This document shows, piece by piece, positions 17,520 to 25,900 of a stretch of 57,157 bases of DNA. This DNA comes from a virus (Duplodnaviria > Caudoviricetes), in the IMG/VR virus record IMGVR_UViG_3300046103_001141, positions 1 to 57,157 of that record, one strand, 5' to 3'. The notes under the pieces were generated by a model that was not told the origin of the DNA, searched no databases, and worked only from the letters and a program-made list of their open reading frames with translations. Made by a program: the position numbers and the translations under genes. Numbering within the stretch: position 1 is the first letter of the stretch; every line of letters starts with the position of its first letter.

Positions 17520-18869
17520 TTATGCACCCAGAATGTTGTCCACTCTGAAGATTCTGTAGTACTGGTTTGTTTGCTTTGTAGCAAGACCGTTTGCTGGTGT
17601 GCCACCGACAAATGGGTTTGATACCATACCGTAACGGGTTTTGAAACCGATTTTTGGCTGGAAATCATTCTCACCAACGGCGCGAACCATGGTCAGAGGT
17701 ACATATGGGCAATAGAAGATACCAGCATCATATGCATTTGTACCCTTATAACCTACAGTAATGTAGTCAATAGTGGCATATGGGTCAACATATACTTTTG
17801 TGCGTCCGTTAAGAACACCAGCAAATGTATTACCAGTGTCATCAACATTCAAGTTGGTTGACATTGCTGGAGCATAATCCAACATACCAGTTGCTGCCAA
17901 GCACGATGCAACATCACTAGATGTGATGATGAAGTTACCGCGACCTCTACGAGTTTCTTTGGCAATGTTATTGGCTTCACGCTCAATTTGAACCATGAGA
18001 CCTTTAAACTTCTCAACGCTCCAACGACCATCAGCATCTGTTTGAAGATCAAAAATACCATTCAACAAGGTGTTACCAGTGGATGCACCAGTTTTTGCTT
18101 GTGAGTTAATGGTACGAATTACTTCACGGTTGATTTCCGCAAGGATTTCAGTTGAAAGAATGTTGGCGAGTTCGCTTTCAGCGTCCAGACCGTGAATTGC
18201 TTTCAAATCCTGTGCGAGTTCAAGCGAATATTCTGCTTTCAATGCGCGTGTTTTGGCAGATACGGTTGCTTTTTCAATGGTGAAACCCATTTCAGCAAAT
18301 GCACTTGCACCAGATGTACCCAGAAGTTCGCCATTGGCGAGAGTCATTCCACTTGTACCAACAGCAGGATCATTACGCTGATCGTTAATAGTTGAGTCAG
18401 TGTTAGTATCTGTTACGCCAGAAAGACCAGAACCATCGTCTACCATGCTTGCAGCAGAATCGCCAGAGAAAGCGGTAACCGCTTCGCCAAAGAGTGCTTC
18501 ATTGTCAGCAGTTGCGCCACCGCGAGTTGTTTCATAGGTTGATTTCATTGCGAAAATCAGACCAGTTGGACCTGTCATTGGCTGAACACCACATACGTCA
18601 TATGCCATCATGTTTGGCATTGCGCGGCGAACCAGCGAAATAAGTACAGGGTTCCAGTTAGCAACATTACCAGTATTGTTTGCTGGTGCTGCTTCTGTCA
18701 GTTGACCGAAACCACCTTGTTGTGTTGCTTGCTCACGCAAAGCAATTTCTTGGTTTTCAAGCACAACAGCAGTAACTGCTTTGCGGTGCTTATCTTGGAT
18801 GGAACCAGCAGATTCTTCATTGAGAACCGGGGCCCACTTTTCAATTAGTTGATTGTAATTCATTTCCAT
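17520..18869 (-). CDS. gp23: Major capsid protein
   Basis: KWAPVL, LTE|A processing site, PVLISLVRRAMP, GVQPMTGPTGLIFAM, RALKAEYSLELAQDLKAIHGLDAE, FQPKIGFKTRYG. Confidence 0.99.
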   Translation of the reverse strand: MEMNYNQLIEKWAPVLNEESAGSIQDKHRKAVTAVVLENQEIALREQATQQGGFGQLTEAAPANNTGNVANWNPVLISLVRRAMPNMMAYDVCGVQPMTGPTGLIFAMKSTYETTRGGATADNEALFGEAVTAFSGDSAASMVDDGSGLSGVTDTNTDSTINDQRNDPAVGTSGMTLANGELLGTSGASAFAEMGFTIEKATVSAKTRALKAEYSLELAQDLKAIHGLDAESELANILSTEILAEINREVIRTINSQAKTGASTGNTLLNGIFDLQTDADGRWSVEKFKGLMVQIEREANNIAKETRRGRGNFIITSSDVASCLAATGMLDYAPAMSTNLNVDDTGNTFAGVLNGRTKVYVDPYATIDYITVGYKGTNAYDAGIFYCPYVPLTMVRAVGENDFQPKIGFKTRYGMVSNPFVGGTPANGLATKQTNQYYRIFRVDNILGA

Positions 18870-18881
18870 GATGGATACTCC

Positions 18882-19964
18882 TTAATTACTTGCTTTAATA
18901 GCAGCGACATACTTAGCCATGCTATCCGATACGTTTACATCTGTATCCGTATCTTCTTGGGTTTCTTCTGTAAGTGTTTCTTCTACGATAGCGGCAGGTG
19001 AAACTGCTGGTTTACCATTGAAGTAAGACTCTTTGATGGTGTCAACTTTAAATTTGAAATTATCTTCATTTTCAAATTCTACGCCTTCAACCAGTTTTTC
19101 CAATTTTGATGCTTCAGTACTAGCAAGATCATATGATGCTTCTACAATAATAGCAGAACGCTTCAGATTAGAAATTGTTTCGTTCATATCAACATTGGTT
19201 TGGGTTTGCTTATTCAAAAGTTCTTCTAATTCTAGAACTTCTTCAGCGAGTTGGTCTACTAAGTCAACTTTGGTTTCTGGAACTTCAATGTAAGATTCAG
19301 TAAACAAGTCTTTCAACTTACCCATGAAGCCTTCAGCGATTTCCGTGCGAATACCTTGCTCTACAGCAATACGGTTTTCTTCCATCCATTGTTCAACAAC
19401 GTAGTTTAAATAAGAATCAATCTTGTCTACAAGGTCACCCTTTGCTTCATTGATTGCTTCCTCAGTCTCTGTAGCGTATTGCTCTTCCAGAGATGTGACT
19501 TTTTCACCAAATGCCTCATCCAATTCTTGAACTCTAGTTGCAACTCTTGTAGTAAGTGCTGCCTCAAAAATTGTACTTGCTTTTGCTTTAAAGTCTTCTG
19601 ATAGAGATTCATCAGTAGAAATAAGGACTTCCAAATCAGCAGTAGAAGTATCTTCTACCATTGTTTCTTCTTCCATGTCTACTTCAATTTCTTCACCCAT
19701 CATTTTTTCATATGCTGCCTTGATTTCAGTCTTGGTTTTCATACCATTCATTTTATCAGTCATAGCATTAACCATACCCGCCTTAGTTTTAGGTGGGGAT
19801 GCTTTTTTAGTAACTTGAGCCGCTTTCTGAACAGATTGTACAGAATTATCTTCTGCACCTTCTGGATCATCTGAAAGTGATGCTTCAGTTACTTCTTCGT
19901 GAGATTCCACAATTTCGTTGTCATCATGGACCTCAAGTTCCTGTTCTTGTGTTTGATCAGTCAT
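18882..19964 (-). CDS. gp22: Prohead core scaffold
   Basis: Acidic coiled coil; LSEDFK.KA..IFEAA, YL.YVVE.WM.EN, IKESYF, M..Y. Confidence 0.95.
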   Translation of the reverse strand: MTDQTQEQELEVHDDNEIVESHEEVTEASLSDDPEGAEDNSVQSVQKAAQVTKKASPPKTKAGMVNAMTDKMNGMKTKTEIKAAYEKMMGEEIEVDMEEETMVEDTSTADLEVLISTDESLSEDFKAKASTIFEAALTTRVATRVQELDEAFGEKVTSLEEQYATETEEAINEAKGDLVDKIDSYLNYVVEQWMEENRIAVEQGIRTEIAEGFMGKLKDLFTESYIEVPETKVDLVDQLAEEVLELEELLNKQTQTNVDMNETISNLKRSAIIVEASYDLASTEASKLEKLVEGVEFENEDNFKFKVDTIKESYFNGKPAVSPAAIVEETLTEETQEDTDTDVNVSDSMAKYVAAIKASN

Positions 19965-19977
19965 ACTTGACTCCTTT

Positions 19978-20628
19978 TTATTTCAGCAACGAGAGGAAAT
20001 TTTCAAACCCACGAATTTGCGCTTCTTGCAAACCTTTTGATGGAGTTCTTTTTATTTCAGTCTCTATTTTTTCAATTTCTTGAGGTTTAATCATTCCATT
20101 ATCCCATACCCAGTCTACACCTTCCATTATACCATTAACAAAAGCGTTAGGTGCGCTTGGGTCTTGAACAATGTCAACGGTGTTAAGAATAAAATCATCC
20201 TTAACCTCCATTATTCCATTACGTTTCTCAAGACTTCCCATACCACGAGTCGAAACACCTAGTTGACACCCACCATCAAGTAAACCTTTTACAACTTTAC
20301 CCATTGGAGTATCTAATATAAGTGCTTTACCCATCACATCATTTCCCTCAAACTTGAGTTCCGTAATACGATGGGATACCTTATCCAAGTTAACAGTTGG
20401 ACCGTCTGGATGATTTAACTCACCTACAGCGCGTCCAGTTTTAACTTGTTCTTTTACATATTTGTTGATCGCATTTTCCATAATAGGCTTTGGATACATA
20501 CGACCATTTCTATTCTTCGCTTCTGCTTGTGCAAAAACGCCTTCTATTTGATAAGACTTTTCACCATTTTCCTTTGCTTCAGTGATTAAATCTAATGCAC
20601 CGTCACAGTACTCAGCAATTAGTTTCAT
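19978..20628 (-). CDS. gp21: Prohead protease
   Basis: IEGVF.QAE.KNRNGR.YP, GELNHP, GVSTRGMGSL, DIVQDPSAPNAFV. Confidence 0.97.
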   Translation of the reverse strand: MKLIAEYCDGALDLITEAKENGEKSYQIEGVFAQAEAKNRNGRMYPKPIMENAINKYVKEQVKTGRAVGELNHPDGPTVNLDKVSHRITELKFEGNDVMGKALILDTPMGKVVKGLLDGGCQLGVSTRGMGSLEKRNGIMEVKDDFILNTVDIVQDPSAPNAFVNGIMEGVDWVWDNGMIKPQEIEKIETEIKRTPSKGLQEAQIRGFENFLSLLK

Positions 20629-20631
20629 GTC

Positions 20632-20826
20632 TTATCCTTTATATTGCTTAATGAATTCTTTTGCCATGGTGATCGCTTCTTTTTCTGAACCATAATTGTC
20701 CAGATGCTCACCATCAATCTCAACTTTAAATTCTTTTCCTACTTTTTTAATATCAACCTTTGCATCACCTATTTTCATAGATTTTTCAATTAGTAGGTTT
20801 TCTTTTAATTCTTTAAAAGTTTTCAT
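20632..20826 (-). CDS. Small prohead core/internal protein (gp68 position)
   Basis: MKTFKELKENLLIE leader; late promoter; immediately upstream of gp21. Confidence 0.7.
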   Translation of the reverse strand: MKTFKELKENLLIEKSMKIGDAKVDIKKVGKEFKVEIDGEHLDNYGSEKEAITMAKEFIKQYKG

Positions 20827-20861
20827 TAAATTGTAACTCTTTTTTTTATTAATCTATAGTG

Positions 20862-20869
20862 TATTTATA
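20862..20869 (-). promoter_or_regulatory. T4-type late promoter
   Basis: TATAAATA. Confidence 0.75.
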
Positions 20870-20874
20870 TAAAT

Positions 20875-21147
20875 TTATTCTTCAGATGATGCATTTGCGA
20901 ACATTTTTTGTCCCATGGAAATTCTCTCTACATCCAAAGCAGATTTGATTTTATCCCCAAGCATGTCACTAAAAACTTCACCAGCAACTCTGAGGTTACC
21001 ATCATAGATAGCATCAATCATATTACCAGTTTCATTTTCTACTTCAAAATCCTCATCTTCTACCTCTGCTTCAAAATCCCTATTAATATCTTCATCTTCC
21101 ATAGTATCAATAGTTTCATTTTCTACTTCAAAATTGTCATCTTCCAT
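20875..21147 (-). CDS. Acidic prohead core protein (gp67-like)
   Basis: Very acidic; MIDAI..G....A..VF..ML..KI..ALD helix; internal duplicate FEVENET; synteny. Confidence 0.7.
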   Translation of the reverse strand: MEDDNFEVENETIDTMEDEDINRDFEAEVEDEDFEVENETGNMIDAIYDGNLRVAGEVFSDMLGDKIKSALDVERISMGQKMFANASSEE

Positions 21148-21171
21148 TTCAATATCTCCTTATTATACTGT

Positions 21172-21179
21172 TATTTATA
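21172..21179 (-). promoter_or_regulatory. T4-type late promoter
   Basis: TATAAATA. Confidence 0.75.
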
Positions 21180-21206
21180 CAAAATAGTTTTTTCAAATTA
21201 GCATTG

Positions 21207-22922
21207 TTATGACCAAGAATCATTATAAAATCCATCTGCTGAAGGGAATATATGAGGAATTATAAATTCACCACCTTCTGTTGTTAAAAAATCACTATCT
21301 AGTGATGGTGTCGGTCCAAATATAATAACAATTCCAGGACCACCGCTGACCCCATACCCATGGTTCCCATTCAAATTACCATAACTACCGCCTGAAACTG
21401 TTGATGTAAATCTACTAGCAGCACCCCCACCACCACCCCAATTCTTAGGTCTATATATTCTTCCAGTTGTTTCATCATATGAAGTACCAAATGGGTTACT
21501 CACATCGCTGGTGTGTCTAGTCGCAATAGTATTTCCATTTTTTCCACCATAAACACCATAACCACCATTTGATGATGAACTGACATGTCCACCTGACTTA
21601 GAAGTATCACTCCGATTTGTATTTGTAGGTTTGAAATAGAAACTTCTTTCATTTTTTGAGGATGAATTGCCTACAAAAATATTTGTTTGTGGGGCAGTAT
21701 TTCCTGTAGTTGGTGGTGGATAAGAACCACCAACAGTATCTAAAACACTAAGACCTTGTGCATCATGAAAACCTGTTTTTGGAGTTGGAAAAAATTGTAT
21801 CTCATATTTTGAATTTATATCATAAGAAGAGTCAAAAATCCCCCCACCAGAATTTCTTTGAAAATTAGTTCCTTGTGTACTAGTTGCTGCTACTACTGGG
21901 CCTCGCCCACCTCCACCACCTGCCGCAAGAACACTAGATACCCCATAACCGTAGCCTCCATTCCCACCTCTAGGCATAATGTTTGTTGTACTAGAGTCCC
22001 ATGCCCCATAAACAAAATCGAATCCACCAACCCCACCCCCGCCGCCACCATAAGCAAGACCAGTAGTTATACTTACATCACCACCTTCTCCCCCATATGA
22101 TGCTTGTATATTATTTCCAGTTGTATTAGAATCCGCTGGTCCATCAGAACGAGGATAACCTAAAGGATTAAAAATTGGGTTACTATAACTACCAGTATCT
22201 GAGTAAGAGCCTTGGTCAATCTGTTGTCTCGCTGAATACGCAGGAAGATTATTAGTATCTTTGTCAGCATGCCAGAACCAAGGGCGACCACGATCACCAC
22301 CATCCGCATTAGTTGCCCCAAAGCCAACACTGGCTTGACCAGTTTCACCCCCACTGCCACCTCCTGCGGCGATATAGTCATAATATGAACTCCATCCACT
22401 TTTTTTAATTGAGAAAAAGGTTGTGCCACCATCACCCCCGTCACTTGTACTTCCACCACCCCCGCCTCTGCCCATTCTAAATTGCCACTCATCTCCTGCG
22501 TGAAAAGGTATTCCTTTAGGAATATAAACAACACTACCACCGCCACCGCCAGCACCTGGTGATCCACCTGCGCCACCGCCAGCACCTACAATAACGCATC
22601 CAAAATGTTTTCCTGCAAGATGTGCTGGTGGTGCGAAACTATGGGTCTTGCTGGATTGCCCACCTGTAAGAATTGCACCATACCAAGGTTTAGGAACATT
22701 TATTGGACCACCTTCTCCAGACCCTTGAAAATCTAATATTTTTATCACACCTGATGTGGGTATAAGAGTAGATTCATTTGCTGGAACATAACTTCCACCT
22801 CTATAATAATCTGTTAAAGTATGATTTACTGAACTACCAGAAGGAAAAACTTCATCTATAGAGTCTAAACTTAGTCCTGGATCATCTGAATCAAAGTGAT
22901 CCACAAATCTTAACCTAGCCAT
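21207..22922 (-). CDS. Glycine-rich fibre-tip adhesin-like protein
   Basis: N-terminal LTDYYRGGSYV...IPTSG.I...DF.G module; many GGGGG runs separated by variable loops; coupled to upstream fibre by TAATG. Confidence 0.75.
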   Translation of the reverse strand: MARLRFVDHFDSDDPGLSLDSIDEVFPSGSSVNHTLTDYYRGGSYVPANESTLIPTSGVIKILDFQGSGEGGPINVPKPWYGAILTGGQSSKTHSFAPPAHLAGKHFGCVIVGAGGGAGGSPGAGGGGGSVVYIPKGIPFHAGDEWQFRMGRGGGGGSTSDGGDGGTTFFSIKKSGWSSYYDYIAAGGGSGGETGQASVGFGATNADGGDRGRPWFWHADKDTNNLPAYSARQQIDQGSYSDTGSYSNPIFNPLGYPRSDGPADSNTTGNNIQASYGGEGGDVSITTGLAYGGGGGGVGGFDFVYGAWDSSTTNIMPRGGNGGYGYGVSSVLAAGGGGGRGPVVAATSTQGTNFQRNSGGGIFDSSYDINSKYEIQFFPTPKTGFHDAQGLSVLDTVGGSYPPPTTGNTAPQTNIFVGNSSSKNERSFYFKPTNTNRSDTSKSGGHVSSSSNGGYGVYGGKNGNTIATRHTSDVSNPFGTSYDETTGRIYRPKNWGGGGGAASRFTSTVSGGSYGNLNGNHGYGVSGGPGIVIIFGPTPSLDSDFLTTEGGEFIIPHIFPSADGFYNDSWS

Positions 22923-25900
22923 TATCTTTTCTCCAGTTCTTCAATTCTCTCCTTTAACTCTTTGATTGATTCAATCAATAAAGGAACGAGTTTTTCATAA
23001 TAAACGGCCTTATAACCATCTACTCTATCTATAACAATCTCTGGTAGAACCTCTTCAACTTCCTGTGCTACAACACCTACATCATTCTTAGACGAAAATA
23101 TTTTATCTGCCTTTTCATTCCAAGTAAAAGTATAACCATTTAATCTGCTAACTTTTTCAAGAGCATTATCAATTTTTTGTAAATTTTCTTTAAGTCTTAA
23201 ATCTGATGATGCAGCAGCAATAACATTCCCTTCTGCACTAATATTTCCAGTCGCGGTGATTGCACCAGTAATCGCTAATGTTGAACCATCAAAGGTAGCA
23301 TTTTCTTCAGCGTTACCACCAGTACCAGTTGCAGTAACAATTCTATTATTTGAGTTATTATCAACAGAAAATCCACCTACACTTGAAGCATCAATTGTTA
23401 TTGTACTTCCAGACGCATTTATTAATAATCCACTAGTAGTATCGGCAGTTAAAGTTAAAGTTTCACTTAACGCAGATGGCGTTGCTAAACCACCATCCCC
23501 ACCAGCAAATTTAGCAAAAGATTGGGGTGGTTTAAATGAAAAAGTCCCATTTGTATTATCATATACTATATTACCTATAATATCATCAGGTGTCGTTAAT
23601 GCTCCAACACTTAAATCTGTTAATAGTATTGTAGGAGGTAATGATTTAAATTCAAAATTAGAACCGTGTGGTGTAGCATCTGCATACCCTTGATGTGTTT
23701 TTGTTAATACAAAACCAAGAGCAGCATTAGCACTATCTGCCACATTAACTAAATCACCTAAACTTATTCTCCTATTTGAAAACTTGAATGCAGCACTACT
23801 GTCCAACATCATCACAGAAGGTTTCGTAGCAACAACTGCTGCCGCAACTTGGCCCATGGTTTCCGTAGCATGTGGTATAGTTAAAGTAGTGTCCAGACAC
23901 GAATCTATTTTGGTAGCAAAATATCCAGGAGTTAATTTAAAAGTACCAATTCCATAATTTGAATCAGTATCAAAACTAATTGTACCTACTTTTCCAAACT
24001 CAGCAAGATCAGAATCTGTAGTTCCTCTAAAATTTAAAAGATTTACTGTCGCCGCTCTAAGATGTGTTAAAACCCCAGTTGCAGAATCATATGCTAAACT
24101 TCCTTCGCCATGAGATGGTATAGATTGAGTATCTATGATTGATATGGGTGGATAATATTCTGCTGGTCTATATGTAAGCGCACCAGCCGTTAAAGTTAAT
24201 GATGAGTTGTTTCCAGATATTGGTGCGGCGTCTGTAATACTCAGTTGTGAGAAAATATCTGCTGGTGTATATGTGACTGTTTGCACTCCACCACTAATTG
24301 ATGATGCTATAGCACCTGCGCCACTGGGTGTACTATTATTGATAAAGTTAAACTGATAACTTTTAGTATAGGTAAATATCCCACTCGCGGAATTATATGC
24401 AAGTTGCCCACCTTCCACTCTGGCATTAACATTACTGATACCTAGTGAAGCCCTTGAATTTGAATCTACATTTATCGGTGCTATTGGTGTTAATGTGAAT
24501 TCCCCATTTGTAGTATCATACGATAATGAAGTTGTAGTACCAGATGGAGTGGCATTTACCACAGTATGCTCTGAATTTGCACTACTAAGAATATCACTTA
24601 AAAGTGCAGATTTAAACGTAAAAATTCCACTGGCAGTACTATACGCTAATGTGTTTACTGTTCCAGAAGGTGTCTCTGTGATTATGCTATGCGATAGGGC
24701 TGGAACAAAATCAAGCACACCTTGTTCAATCGCATCAGGTGAAGGAGTCCATGCCAAAGAACCCCCACCTGCGGGTGTAGTATCAGTATCTACTCTAATT
24801 GAATTATGTGCAGAAAGTATTACTCTACTGTCAGTGTAATAAAGGTTTACTAACCCTTCAGTGAGTTGATCTGTTGTTACTGTAGTAAATTTACCAGTTA
24901 CATCAACATCACCATTTTCCCTAATGCCAAAAATCCAATTTGTACTATCAATTAAATTGTCACTGTAAGGATTTTTATTGTTCCATAGTCCAAAGTATTG
25001 ACTATTCTCAACAGCATTAATATCAATAAAATTGTGTATAGAACGAATACTTGATAACATTGCACTACTATCTGCATTATCATTTCCAGGAGGATTATAT
25101 GATAATTCTATAGTTGGGTGTATATCAGTATGGTTATCAAGATAATCTCCACTAAATATTTTATAGTCTAAAATATTTAGATTTCCTCCTAAAGTTGGGC
25201 TATCATCATAGACAATATTTAAATACCCTTCAGAGAATATTGGTTTCATATTATGTCTGAGACCCGTCATCCCCATACCAAGACCTCTACCGTCTGATTC
25301 TGGTGTGATTAGATTTATCAGATCAGTTGAATCATCTTGAACTTCTATGGTAAAAATTTGTTGTCCAGTTTCATTTGGAGAATCTATAAGATATAGTCTT
25401 GCTTTATCATTTGCATCGTTTGCAAAAGCCTCATCTGGAAAACGAATCCCATTTGCTTCTCCTATCGCGATATTAACAGTACTGTTGAATGTAGATGGTG
25501 TTGCAGCAACAACCCCACCATAAAGATTTAAATCATTATTTCCAGTAGTTTCCGCAATAATATCCCCACGCCAATTTGTTAATGAACTATTAGCATTTGC
25601 TTCGCCGCCTAAGACAAAAAATTCTTCACTTCCTTGAAGCCCATTCATAAACAATTTAATACTTGGTTGATTTATAGAATTTTGATGTTCAGCAACTTCA
25701 TATATTTTACTTTTTGATCCTAATTGAAAAACACTCGCATATTGATGACTACCCAAACTTGCTTCACCTGCTGCTGCAAGTTTGGACAAACCAATTGCTT
25801 TGGCTGCTGCTGTTAAGAAACCGCCATCATCAAAATGCCAATCTCCCCAAGAGGTAATGACACATATCTGTTTTGTCGCACCATTCGCTAAATTTGTTAT

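Noticed and set aside
21026-21145. Direct repeat of about 30 nt in the gp67-like gene
   Set aside because: Simple in-frame duplication (FEVENET) in a low-complexity acidic region; no sign of mobility.
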